Part shown: in pieces, positions 1 to 9,281 of the stretch
Layout: each line of letters begins with the position of its first letter
Numbering within the stretch: the stretch's first letter is position 1
Source of the DNA: Bacteroidales bacterium
Lineage (GTDB): Bacteria; Bacteroidota; Bacteroidia; Bacteroidales; JAADGE01
DNA: 39,706 bases
Assembly (NCBI GenBank): GCA_029934705.1
Contig: JAOZLS010000003.1
Span: 1-39,706 of the forward strand
Direction of reading: 5' to 3'
The notes under the pieces: generated by a model
The model's input: the letters and a program-made list of their open reading frames with translations, nothing else
What the model was told of the DNA's origin: nothing
Databases searched by the model: none
Program-made: the position numbers and the translations under genes

Positions 1-164
1 TTTGATAAATAACGAGTTGTTCTATTCATCTCAACCAATAGATTACCAGCTTCTAATTCGCTAGAGTCATACCGTTCTGGCAAAAACAATAACCATGCAG
101 CTAAGCCTACCATTATTATATTAATAACGATGTAGCGTTTTTTTGTATTTTTGATGTCTTTCAT
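1..164 (-). CDS. Partial CDS (N-terminus only), membrane-anchored protein continuing the psr/yeeE operon; possibly a rhodanese-domain sulfurtransferase
   Basis: Hand translation from ATG at 164: MKDIKNTKKRYIVINIIMVGLAAWLLFLPERYDSSELEAGNLLVEMNRTTRYLS..., open to the window edge with one N-terminal hydrophobic helix. The rhodanese guess rests on operon context only. Confidence 0.55.
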   Translation of the reverse strand, partial: MKDIKNTKKRYIVINIIMVGLAAWLLFLPERYDSSELEAGNLLVEMNRTTRYLS

Positions 165-233
165 CTTTTTATATTTTATGTTAAAAGTTATACCGAAATA
201 TTTATAGTAAAAACTTATTAACGTGTAATATTT

Positions 234-821
234 TTAATATTTTTTTGTTTTTGCAGATACTTTCTTTTGAATATATGCTGTAGCATAGAAAACTGCAATA
301 GCAAAAACTACAAAAAGAAAAATAAATACTTCTCTTGATATTCCTAAAACATCGTAAAGCATTTGAGGTCCTTTTGCTCCGCTTACTAAAAACTCGTCGT
401 ATAAAGGATATCCAAGGTCAAAAATTATTGCTCCAAGAATAACTCCTCCAATAAATACCATTGCATCTATTTTACCAATTGCAGCAGCACATGCACTAGT
501 TCCAGGGCAAAAGCCTCCAATTATAAACCCTAAGCCCATAATTATTCCACCTACAATAGCAGGTCCAACAAAAAATGAGTTTGTATATATTTCATTTATA
601 TCAATTAGTTGAAAGTAGTCGAAAAAAGCTAGTCCAACGGCAGCAGTTAGTGCAGCCATAAAAAACACTCTTAATACTACGAAATCGTATCCATAAAAAA
701 CTCCAGCAAGTTTTCTTGAAGAAGAAAAGCCTGCACTTTCAAGTATTATCCCAAAAAAGATTCCTATAACCAAGGCTAATACGAAGCTCCATTCGTCTGA
801 TGCTGTAAATAGTGGTCCCAT
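234..821 (-). CDS. YeeE/YedE-family sulfur-compound transporter subunit
   Basis: Multi-TM, Gly-rich protein with the GFCPGT motif; adjacent to a second YeeE/YedE gene. Confidence 0.85.
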   Translation of the reverse strand: MGPLFTASDEWSFVLALVIGIFFGIILESAGFSSSRKLAGVFYGYDFVVLRVFFMAALTAAVGLAFFDYFQLIDINEIYTNSFFVGPAIVGGIIMGLGFIIGGFCPGTSACAAAIGKIDAMVFIGGVILGAIIFDLGYPLYDEFLVSGAKGPQMLYDVLGISREVFIFLFVVFAIAVFYATAYIQKKVSAKTKKY

Positions 822-874
822 TTTATATAATATTTATTATGTATTTGTCTTTAAAAAAATTAATTTCATTTACT

Positions 875-1393
875 CTATATCCAAAGCTTTCTAAATAGCC
901 ATGCAAAAATATAGCCTGAGCCAAATATTGCAGCAACTACAACAAAACCTGACGTAGCAAGTACTGCCATTCCATCTAATCCGGCACCACTAGTACAACC
1001 TCTACCAAAAGATGCTCCTATTCCAAATAATGCACCACCAATTAAGGCAGCAACGAGTCTTTTCTTAGATGTAATTTTAGGAGAATGTTCTACTTTCAGC
1101 TTTAACCTACCAGCAATTGCTCCCGAAATAAAACCTCCAATAAAAACTCCAAGTATCATAAATACAAGTCTGTTTTTTAAAGGATTTTTTCCATCTTTAA
1201 AATATTTTGAAGAATAAGTATCCGCAGCATGTGTGTGGCTAGGTGCTACAACATTTACAATTTCAGCCCCTACTCTTTTAAATGCTCCACTTGCCCCCAA
1301 GCCTTCGCGGGTTAAGTAAAACGAGAATAATATTACTATGCCTAATAGAACTCCCGCTAAATATGAGTTCATATATTTTTTTGTACCTTCCAT
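875..1393 (-). CDS. YeeE/YedE-family sulfur-compound transporter subunit
   Basis: LGAS and GRGCTSG motifs; about 4 TM helices. Confidence 0.85.
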   Translation of the reverse strand: MEGTKKYMNSYLAGVLLGIVILFSFYLTREGLGASGAFKRVGAEIVNVVAPSHTHAADTYSSKYFKDGKNPLKNRLVFMILGVFIGGFISGAIAGRLKLKVEHSPKITSKKRLVAALIGGALFGIGASFGRGCTSGAGLDGMAVLATSGFVVVAAIFGSGYIFAWLFRKLWI

Positions 1394-1419
1394 TTTATCT
1401 AATTTTATATATTTTTTAA

Positions 1420-2439
1420 TTAGTAAAGATATCTAATAACTTGACCTGCATCTACCATTATAAAACGGAAAGCTAAACCTCCCCAGATAATTAATAATCC
1501 AGGAACAATTACAGGTATTTTAAACTTCATTAACTCCATTACTTCTAATATTAAAGGAATTGTTAATCCTAAGATTATAACATTTACCCAAAAAGTTACA
1601 GTAAACTCTCCACCAAGAAAATAACTAACAGTATGAACTTTTATTTCAGAACCTGCTTGATATCCCATAAACCAGTGAGTTATAAAGAACAACTCAATTA
1701 TTACTAATAGTATATCAATTTTACTATATGAAATTCTTTCAAAATGATCTTTTGTCATTATCATAAGTAAAGCAGCTCCTGTTGACAAGCCTGATGTAAG
1801 AAACAGTGGGCCTAATATTGCTGTATTCCATAAAGGACGTGCATTAAATGCCGACAATAAAATTCCAGTATAAACTCCTAGTACAATTGCTAATATTGCC
1901 ATTGCCCAAGCTAATGGTTTTCTATCCTTAACTATATACTTTTCAAAATCTCTAATGATTTTATGTTTCCAATCCCAGTCTTGTTCGGGCTTTGTGTCGT
2001 TGGTTGTAATAATCCAAGCTGCTATTTTTCGAATAAAGCCTAATTTACATTTGTGTACTGGGTAAATATCTTTTAAATACGAAAAAATCCAAATCATATT
2101 TAAAGGCATTATTAACATTAGAGTCCAAGCTCCCCATGACATAGGCGAGTCTAGTCTAATTGTTGTATATAGTTGCCAAAAATATAATGGATGATGCAAA
2201 TCATAAAGTAAAGCCATTAGTCCAATAACAATTGCACCAAATGCCACGATAGGACCGATTCTTACTGATGTTAAAAACTTTTTGTCTTTACCCATTATTG
2301 TTTGGTAGGCTGCAAAAAACAATAGTCCTGCAGCTAGTCCTCCTAAAAATAGATAAAGAGGAATTGACCAGTGCCATATATTCATTACAGGGTCAATATG
2401 AGGATTCATCCTCCCGCTTATTATAAGTTCTTCTTTCAT
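1420..2439 (-). CDS. psrC: NrfD/PsrC-family polysulfide reductase membrane subunit
   Basis: WHWSIPLYLFLGG, DLHHP, SPMSWGAW, YTGILLS...RPLW motifs; about 8 TM helices; follows the 4Fe-4S subunit. Confidence 0.88.
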   Translation of the reverse strand: MKEELIISGRMNPHIDPVMNIWHWSIPLYLFLGGLAAGLLFFAAYQTIMGKDKKFLTSVRIGPIVAFGAIVIGLMALLYDLHHPLYFWQLYTTIRLDSPMSWGAWTLMLIMPLNMIWIFSYLKDIYPVHKCKLGFIRKIAAWIITTNDTKPEQDWDWKHKIIRDFEKYIVKDRKPLAWAMAILAIVLGVYTGILLSAFNARPLWNTAILGPLFLTSGLSTGAALLMIMTKDHFERISYSKIDILLVIIELFFITHWFMGYQAGSEIKVHTVSYFLGGEFTVTFWVNVIILGLTIPLILEVMELMKFKIPVIVPGLLIIWGGLAFRFIMVDAGQVIRYLY

Positions 2440-2462
2440 TTATAAATGAATTTAGAGTTAAT

Positions 2463-2996
2463 TTATACTAAATAGAAAATTTGTGGCTTTGTTCCTGCTT
2501 CTGCTGCTAAAACTTTTATTCTTCTTACAGCTGTAATTCTAGAAACCTCACTATTTGGGTCATCTAAATCGCCAAAATACATACAAGTTGTTGGACAAAC
2601 CGACACACATGCAGGATCTTGCCCATTATTTATTCTATGGTCGCAGAATGTACACTTATCAACCCAACCTTCTGGGTGAACATAGCGAGCATCGTAAGGA
2701 CAGGCTTCAATACAAGAGCCACATCCAATACACTCTTCTGGTGTAACTTTAACAATTCCGCCTTCAATAACATGGCTTGCTCCTGTTGGGCAAGTTCTTA
2801 CACATGGAGTATCTTCACAATGATTACATCTCTCTGATCTAATTTGAAGATGTAGCCCAGGATATGTTCCTTCGACTGTTTCTGTTATCCAATCTCGTGA
2901 GTAACCTATAGGTATGTTATTTTCTGTTTGGCATGCGACTACGCAGTCACTACATCCGACACATTTCTTAGTGTCAATCGCCATTGCATATCTCAT
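2463..2996 (-). CDS. psrB: 4x[4Fe-4S] electron-transfer subunit (PsrB/PhsB/NrfC type)
   Basis: CVGCSDCVVAC, CNHCEDTPCVRTCP, CIGCGSCIEACP, KCTFC...PACVSVCP. Confidence 0.92.
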   Translation of the reverse strand: MRYAMAIDTKKCVGCSDCVVACQTENNIPIGYSRDWITETVEGTYPGLHLQIRSERCNHCEDTPCVRTCPTGASHVIEGGIVKVTPEECIGCGSCIEACPYDARYVHPEGWVDKCTFCDHRINNGQDPACVSVCPTTCMYFGDLDDPNSEVSRITAVRRIKVLAAEAGTKPQIFYLV

Positions 2997-3014
2997 AATA
3001 TTAATTATTTATAT

Positions 3015-5294
3015 TTAAATAATATTTACTTTTCTTGTTAATGGTTTATCAGAAGGATGTGGGTTTTCTGTAATAAATTTCACAAAGTTACCTCTCATTC
3101 CTGTTCCTCCCATTATTTTATCGTGCATTATGTGTGTTATTAGTTCTGAATCACTAGCACCTTTTCCATAAGACCTAGAAAGTCTATCGTCCTGTCGTCC
3201 AAATCCATGAACCATATATACCATGTCTTGCCTAATACGTTCTGTTATACGCACTTTAATTGGGAATGAAGAAATTACATCATCCTGATTTTTCAACCAA
3301 ACCTCTTGCCCAGCAGATAAATCCTCTAATTGAGCAATTTTAGGATTAACCCATAAGACATTTTCATCCATTAAATCATTTAAGTGTGGATTATTAACAG
3401 TTCTACCAAAGGTGTGCATTGGTGCTCTACCATAATTCAACCTATAAAACCCTGGTTGAGGTTCTGGGTGAGCAGTATATTTAGGCATAGCATCAAAACC
3501 CTCTTCAACTAAAGCTGTTGAGTATAGTTCAATTTTGCCAGTATTTGTTGAGAACTCGTGCTCTTCGCCATTTAAGAAATATAAATCGTTATACTCTCTG
3601 TCTATTTTCTTAACCCCTATTTTTTGCATTTCATCTAAAGAGCTCCCTATTTGCTTTAATTGCCAATCTAGCAGTTCTGTTATATCATTATAAGGTACAT
3701 AAGCACCTAAGCCAAGTTTTTCTGCTAACATTTTAGCCATTTCCCAGCCTGGCTTTGAGTCATATTTTGGTTTTGCAGCTGGCATTCTTAATGCAATTGA
3801 AGGTTCTCTGTGTTTTGACGTTCTAAGCATATCATATCTTTCAAGATATGTACATTCAGGTAAAACAACATCAGCATAACCTGTAATTTCGGCAGGCATT
3901 GTGTCAATCACAACTACTAATTCTAAATTTTGTAAAGCAGCTATTGTATTTTTTCTATCGGGTAAAGTTGTTATTAAGTTTGTACCATTAATAATCCAAG
4001 CTTTATACGAGCAATCTCTGTCAGGCGAAGGGATTGTTGCATCGCAAATTCCAGAAGCAAGAGCTAAGTCGGCAAGTTTAAATTTACCAGGTGTAGCATC
4101 TCTCCATGTATGACTAATTTTAGGATAAGCTGGATGTGGCATGCTTTTAAGTTTAATACCTTCCGGCTGGTAAAATCCACCACGTCGTCCCCAAGAACCA
4201 AGTATTGCATTTAAAATTGCAACAGCTCTTAGTCTCTGTGTATCATCCCCATACCAAGTTACGTGCCGTCCTGGATGTACAATTACTGCTGGTGAAGCAT
4301 TACCCATTGCACGAGCCGTTTTTCTTATTAAATCTGGTTTTAAACCGGTAATTCCATAAGCCCACTCAGGAGTGTTATTTTTAACATGTTCTTTTATTTG
4401 TTCAAATCCATAAGTATATTTTTCAACATACTCTTTATCATAAAGTTCTTCTTCAATAATAACATTAATCCATGTTAATAGTAATGCAAGGTCGGTTGCA
4501 GGTTTTATAGGAAGCCAAAAATCTGACTTACTTGCTGCGGTAGAAAATCTAGGGTCAACAGTTATGATTGTTGCTCCATTATCAATAGCCTGCGACATTT
4601 CCTGAACTTGCCCGTTATGCATATTTTCTCCAATATGCGAACCTATGAGTACAAGACATTTAGTATTTCTTATATCTGTTGGTTCAGGAGAACCAATACC
4701 TTTTCCAAAAGTTGCTATAAAACCAACTTCTCTAGGTCCACGACACTGTGCATAAGAAGGAGCAGATATACTATTTGTTCCGTAAGCCTTTAAAACATTA
4801 CCCCAAAACTTACCACCTGAACCATGAGAAAACATTGCAACACAGTTTGGCGAATATTTTTGAGCAACATTTTTAAGTTTATCGGCAATAACAGTAATTG
4901 CCTCGTCCCAAGTTGCTTTTCTAAAATATTGATTTCCATCTTCATCTTTCTCTCTAATAAGAGGATGTTTAAGCCTGTCTTCATCTTCGTACATTCCAAC
5001 TCCGCCTGTTCCTCTGGGGCAAAAACGTCCACTAGAATGTTGGTCGTCATTATTTCCAATAATTTTCCATATTTTTTCTTTTCCATCAACATTTTTAGTA
5101 TATGTCCATCCTGCACACTTCCAAAAACATATTTCGCAGTAGGTTGGATATCTTTTAGCTTTGGAATCATCTGGAATATCATTGTCCTTTTTTAAAAAAC
5201 TAGGAACCCAGTTTAAAATAGGAGTTGCAGCTAAAGCTAACCCACCAACCCCCATTGATGATATTTTTATAAATTGTCTTCTAGTAGTTTTCAT
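3015..5294 (-). CDS. psrA: Molybdopterin oxidoreductase catalytic subunit, polysulfide/thiosulfate reductase (PsrA/PhsA) type, Tat-exported
   Basis: Start moved to ATG 5294 (MKTTRRQFIK, twin-arginine signal). CEICFWKC...CPRG [4Fe-4S] motif, candidate Mo ligand Cys in AQCRGP, ADVVLPECTYLER, C-terminal dinucleotide-binding domain. Confidence 0.88.
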   Translation of the reverse strand: MKTTRRQFIKISSMGVGGLALAATPILNWVPSFLKKDNDIPDDSKAKRYPTYCEICFWKCAGWTYTKNVDGKEKIWKIIGNNDDQHSSGRFCPRGTGGVGMYEDEDRLKHPLIREKDEDGNQYFRKATWDEAITVIADKLKNVAQKYSPNCVAMFSHGSGGKFWGNVLKAYGTNSISAPSYAQCRGPREVGFIATFGKGIGSPEPTDIRNTKCLVLIGSHIGENMHNGQVQEMSQAIDNGATIITVDPRFSTAASKSDFWLPIKPATDLALLLTWINVIIEEELYDKEYVEKYTYGFEQIKEHVKNNTPEWAYGITGLKPDLIRKTARAMGNASPAVIVHPGRHVTWYGDDTQRLRAVAILNAILGSWGRRGGFYQPEGIKLKSMPHPAYPKISHTWRDATPGKFKLADLALASGICDATIPSPDRDCSYKAWIINGTNLITTLPDRKNTIAALQNLELVVVIDTMPAEITGYADVVLPECTYLERYDMLRTSKHREPSIALRMPAAKPKYDSKPGWEMAKMLAEKLGLGAYVPYNDITELLDWQLKQIGSSLDEMQKIGVKKIDREYNDLYFLNGEEHEFSTNTGKIELYSTALVEEGFDAMPKYTAHPEPQPGFYRLNYGRAPMHTFGRTVNNPHLNDLMDENVLWVNPKIAQLEDLSAGQEVWLKNQDDVISSFPIKVRITERIRQDMVYMVHGFGRQDDRLSRSYGKGASDSELITHIMHDKIMGGTGMRGNFVKFITENPHPSDKPLTRKVNII

Positions 5295-5313
5295 AAAAAA
5301 TCCTTTAATATTT

Positions 5314-5333
5314 AATGTGATATACATCACATT
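5314..5333. promoter_or_regulatory. CRP/FNR-type palindromic operator AATGTGA-TATACA-TCACATT
   Basis: Exact TGTGA-N6-TCACA with matching flanks, between the predicted psrA -7 element and the psrA start. Confidence 0.7.
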
Positions 5334-5343
5334 TACGTTTGTG

Positions 5344-5351
5344 CAAATCTA
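5344..5351 (-). promoter_or_regulatory. Bacteroidota primary-sigma -7 element (TAGATTTG) for psrA
   Basis: Matches TAnnTTTG on the minus strand about 50 nt upstream of ATG 5294. Confidence 0.55.
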
Positions 5352-5534
5352 ACTATTTTTATATAAAAAAAAAGGATAAATCATCGTCTTGTGCTGATTT
5401 TAAAATAGATATAACTAAATTATTATGCGATTAGCTTAATAATCAGAGAACTTTATCCTTATTTAGATTTTATATAAAGAAGAAAGTTGCTTTATAACAT
5501 GATAAATTACAGTTGATAAAGTATTAATAATCTA

Positions 5535-5542
5535 TAAATTTG
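5535..5542 (+). promoter_or_regulatory. -7 element (TAAATTTG) for the octaheme cytochrome operon
   Basis: TAnnTTTG match about 57 nt upstream of ATG 5600. Confidence 0.55.
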
Positions 5543-5599
5543 CTGATAAGTAATTTTAATATTATTATATATCAACTTTTAATTATAAAAAAATCAAAG

Positions 5600-7228
5600 A
5601 TGCTAAACACTACTAAATCACGTAAAGCTTTTTTTAAGACTTTGGTTACTTTTACACTAATTTTGTTTCCATGGTTTTTTGCCATAATATACTTAAATTA
5701 TGTAGAAGATGACACAAAGCCTAAGCAGCTTATGCTAAAACATTACAAAGTCGATAGGCGAAAACTTGTTGACCACACAAAATTTGAAATTTTACAACAA
5801 GATTTTGAGACAGCTCACGATGTTACAGAAGCATGTTTATCATGCCACAATAAAACAGCCGAAGAGTTTATGACTTCTAACCACTGGAACTGGTCAAAAA
5901 CAGATAGTGTTAACGGAGAGCCTATAACTATTGGGAAAGAAAATGTTCCTAATAACTATTGTATAGGAATTAAAAGTAATGAGAAACTATGCTCTCATTG
6001 TCATGCAGGCTATGGTTGGGCTGATAATGATTTTGACTTTAAAGCAGAAAAAAGTGTAGATTGTTTAGTTTGTCATGATAATACAGGAAGATATAAAAAA
6101 CCAGGACCTGGCAAAGGTAATGTTGGAGCTGGTTATCCAGACCATAAAATAGACCTAAGGTTTATAGCATCTCATGTTGGAGCTACAAGTAAAAAAACTT
6201 GTGGATATTGTCACTTTTATGGTGGTGGTGGTAACAATGTTAAACATGGTGATTTAGAAGCAGCTCTTTTAAGTAAAAAAGATTGTACTAAAGAAGTTGA
6301 TGTTCACATGAACCATGAAGGCAAAAACATGGACTGCTCAGAATGTCATACTACAAGCCATCACGAAATTAGTGGTAATATGTACACATTATCAACTTCC
6401 CCTGAGAATGCAACAACTTGTGTTCAGTGTCATACCGACTCGCCTCATAAGAGCAAATTATTAAATACTCACTTTAATACAATTGCTTGTCAAACATGCC
6501 ATATACCTGAATATGCAAAAGTAAACCCAACGCGAGTATGGTGGGACTGGTCAACATCTGGCAAACATAAAGATGGAAAACCATATAATGCAGAAGATAT
6601 TGAAAGAAATGATTCAACATTCCAATATCATGCTAAACATGGAGATTTAATTGCTATTAAAAATGCTACTCCAGACTATATATGGTTTAATGGGCATGCC
6701 GACATTCATTTATTTGGCGACAAATTTGAAGGAGACACTCTAGTTATGAATAAGCTTGAAGGTTCATTTGAAGATCATATAAATCCAGCACATCCGGAGC
6801 ACCCTTCGAAAATATACCCTGTAAAAATCATGAGAGGTAAACAACCTTACGATACAGAACACAGAATGCTACTTCAACCTAATACTTTTGGACCAAAAGG
6901 ATCAGGTGCATATTGGGCAGATTTTGATTTAGATAAAGCTTTTGAAAATGGTATGAAAGCACGGAATTTACCATATAGTGGCAAATATGATTTTGTTTAC
7001 ACAGAAAGTTACTGGCCTTTAAATCACATGGTATCTCCATCAGACAAGGCATTATCTTGTAAAGAATGTCATAGTAGAGATGGTAGATTAAGTAAATTGT
7101 CTGGATTTTACATACCAGGAAGAGACAATAATAACTTAGTTGATACAATAGGAATTTTATTAATTATCTCCGCATTAATTGGAGTTGTTATTCATGCTAC
7201 AATAAGAATTATAAGTAAACGTAACTAA
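5600..7228 (+). CDS. otr: Octaheme c-type cytochrome, tetrathionate reductase (OTR) family, with N- and C-terminal membrane helices
   Basis: Eight CxxCH motifs (CLSCH, CSHCH, CLVCH, CGYCH, CSECH, CVQCH, CQTCH, CKECH) plus OTR-like HWNW, GKEN..NNYC, HAGYGW, GGGGNNVKHGDL, WDWS. ATG 5600 is preferred over TTG 5540, which overlaps the promoter. Confidence 0.88.
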   Translation: MLNTTKSRKAFFKTLVTFTLILFPWFFAIIYLNYVEDDTKPKQLMLKHYKVDRRKLVDHTKFEILQQDFETAHDVTEACLSCHNKTAEEFMTSNHWNWSKTDSVNGEPITIGKENVPNNYCIGIKSNEKLCSHCHAGYGWADNDFDFKAEKSVDCLVCHDNTGRYKKPGPGKGNVGAGYPDHKIDLRFIASHVGATSKKTCGYCHFYGGGGNNVKHGDLEAALLSKKDCTKEVDVHMNHEGKNMDCSECHTTSHHEISGNMYTLSTSPENATTCVQCHTDSPHKSKLLNTHFNTIACQTCHIPEYAKVNPTRVWWDWSTSGKHKDGKPYNAEDIERNDSTFQYHAKHGDLIAIKNATPDYIWFNGHADIHLFGDKFEGDTLVMNKLEGSFEDHINPAHPEHPSKIYPVKIMRGKQPYDTEHRMLLQPNTFGPKGSGAYWADFDLDKAFENGMKARNLPYSGKYDFVYTESYWPLNHMVSPSDKALSCKECHSRDGRLSKLSGFYIPGRDNNNLVDTIGILLIISALIGVVIHATIRIISKRN

Positions 7229-7278
7229 ATTTAAGTTGTTACATTTGACCTTTTAAAAAAAATAAAAAAATAAAAAAA

Positions 7279-8613
7279 ATGAAAAAGCAAACATATATAT
7301 ATAGTGTCTTCGAAAGATTTTGGCATTGGTCTCAAGCATTACTAATCTTCTTTTTAATGCTTACAGGTTTTGAAGTACATAGCTCATTTGAACTATTTGG
7401 CTTTGAGAGCTCAGTTGAATGGCATAACACAGCAGGTTGGGCATTTCTAGTTTTAATTATATTTGCCATATTTTGGCATTTTACAACAGGAGAATGGAAA
7501 CAATATATTCCGACATTAGAACTTGTAAAAGCTCAAATAAATTATTACATTTTTGGTATATTTAAAGGAGCACCCCACCCTACTCACAAAACTAGACACA
7601 CTAAATTTAACCCATTACAACGACTTATTTATTTAGGACTTAAATTATTAGTAATTCCAATACAAGTTGTAACTGGTTTTATTTATCTTTCCTACATGCA
7701 CCCTGAACACTCAGTTGGTGCAGGGAATATAGAATTTATTGCAATTTTACATACAATTGGTGCTTTTGCATTAATAGCATTTGTTATTGCACACGTATAT
7801 TTAACTACTACTGGCGAAAAAGTTTTTATGAGCATAAAAGCAATGCTTACTGGTTGGGAGGTTGTTGATGTAGATGAAAAAGAAGAATATATTACAAACA
7901 TGAAGCAAGCAGTAGAGCATAGTACTGCAGGTTATTATAGACTTGACAATGAAGGTATTTTAACACAGGTAAACAAAGCTTGGTTAGAGATATATGGATT
8001 TAACAAAAAAGAAGATGTTGTTGGAAACCATTACAGTGCAACAAGAGATGAAAAACAAGTTAAAGTTTTAAAAAGCATTGTTGATAGAGTACTAGAGGGT
8101 GAAAAAATAATTGGACAACATGTTGTTAGAAAAAATAAAGATGGTAGCATTGGACAACACATTCTATCGGCAAACCCTATTGTTGAAAACGGCAAAACAG
8201 TTGGTTTAGAGGGTTTCATACTTGATATTACTGATATGGGTAAGGACTCGCAACACATGTATTCAGCAATAAGAAATAGTAGTGCAGGTTATTATAGAAT
8301 AAATGCCAAAGGTTATTTTGAAGAAGTAAATGAAGCTTGGTTAAAAATTTACAAGTGTGATGATAAATCTAATGTTATTAATCAACATTACTCAATAACA
8401 AGAAATCCTGAGAATGCAAAAGAGCTAGATGCAGTTGTTGAAAAAGTATTAAACGGAGGAAGTATTGCTAGTAAATTAGCCATCAGAAAATGTAAGGATG
8501 GTACAGTAGGAAAGCATATTCTTTCTGCAAATCCTGTTTACAAAAAAGACAAGATTGTTGGAATGGAAGGTTTTATTATTGATGTTACACTTGAAGAAGA
8601 AAAGAGTATCTAA
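7279..8613 (+). CDS. Cytochrome b (PhsC/Ni-hydrogenase cyt b type) fused to two tandem PAS domains
   Basis: N-terminal ~195 aa: FERFWHWSQA, WHN, KFNPLQRLIY, LH...AHVYL (four TM helices, heme His). C-terminal ~235 aa: two similar PAS repeats with a 357-nt period. Confidence 0.85.
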   Translation: MKKQTYIYSVFERFWHWSQALLIFFLMLTGFEVHSSFELFGFESSVEWHNTAGWAFLVLIIFAIFWHFTTGEWKQYIPTLELVKAQINYYIFGIFKGAPHPTHKTRHTKFNPLQRLIYLGLKLLVIPIQVVTGFIYLSYMHPEHSVGAGNIEFIAILHTIGAFALIAFVIAHVYLTTTGEKVFMSIKAMLTGWEVVDVDEKEEYITNMKQAVEHSTAGYYRLDNEGILTQVNKAWLEIYGFNKKEDVVGNHYSATRDEKQVKVLKSIVDRVLEGEKIIGQHVVRKNKDGSIGQHILSANPIVENGKTVGLEGFILDITDMGKDSQHMYSAIRNSSAGYYRINAKGYFEEVNEAWLKIYKCDDKSNVINQHYSITRNPENAKELDAVVEKVLNGGSIASKLAIRKCKDGTVGKHILSANPVYKKDKIVGMEGFIIDVTLEEEKSI

Positions 8614-8635
8614 TTATAATCACGAACAAAACTTT

Positions 8636-8666
8636 AAAAAGCCAGAGACTAACTCTGGCTTTTTTT
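8636..8666. terminator. Bidirectional intrinsic terminator
   Basis: AAAAAGCCAGAG-ACTAA-CTCTGGCTTTTTTT between convergent genes. Confidence 0.8.
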
Positions 8667-8689
8667 ATGTTTAATGAAATATTATATTT

Positions 8690-9190
8690 TTATTCATAAT
8701 GAACACTACTTTCCCAAATTCCGTGAATATTGCAACCTAATACAATTTTTACAACATCGCCATTTTTTAAAGGTGCAAAAAAATCTTGTTTGTTACTTCC
8801 TTCTCCATTTTGTATTTCAATATGCTTATATTGTTCTCCATTAATAAACAATGTCATAAAATCAATCCAATGTTCTTCTACTGATGGATGAACAATTCCA
8901 GCAGAACCAACTAATACATTTATTACAACATAGCCTTTCTCGTCTTTTTCGCCAAATGTAATATCAGGAGTATGCTTATTCTCAAAGTCTGTTACATTAT
9001 TATAATCAGAAATTGTTATAGTATCCCTATTTATAATTAACTCTTCTCTTATTTTTTTTATAATCTCAGTTTTTTGCACAGTATCTGCTACCACATCTGT
9101 ATTTTCATCGCCATGCTCACAGCAACTATTTAAACTAAATACTGTTACCAGCATTACCGATGTTCCGAATAAAATTTTCTTTATACTCAT
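8690..9190 (-). CDS. Superoxide reductase (neelaredoxin/desulfoferrodoxin Fe-site domain), predicted lipoprotein
   Basis: NKHTP, HPSVEEHWID and CNIHGIWE give the His4Cys ligand set; N-terminal signal peptide with LNSC lipobox. Confidence 0.82.
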   Translation of the reverse strand: MSIKKILFGTSVMLVTVFSLNSCCEHGDENTDVVADTVQKTEIIKKIREELIINRDTITISDYNNVTDFENKHTPDITFGEKDEKGYVVINVLVGSAGIVHPSVEEHWIDFMTLFINGEQYKHIEIQNGEGSNKQDFFAPLKNGDVVKIVLGCNIHGIWESSVHYE

Positions 9191-9281
9191 TTTTAATTAT
9201 TTTAAGTTAGAAAACACAAAGTTATTATAAAGTATTGTTTTACATCAATTGTCCCGTTTTTTTTATTAATCTAATTGAAAT

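Noticed and set aside
5295-5330. Longer psrA start at 5330
   Set aside because: It overlaps the operator palindrome; ATG 5294 places the twin-arginine motif at the normal position.
2555-5352. Short antisense or off-frame ORFs inside psrA/psrB, and similar ones within otr, the SSS gene, ruvA, sprA, gcvH, elbB and trpB
   Set aside because: Shadow ORFs nested in well-supported genes, without motifs or credible starts.
5372-5460. Inverted AAGGATAAA/TTTATCCTT and CTGATT/AATCAG pairs in the psr-otr spacer
   Set aside because: Spacing is asymmetric and the sequence is AT-rich; cannot be told apart from chance.
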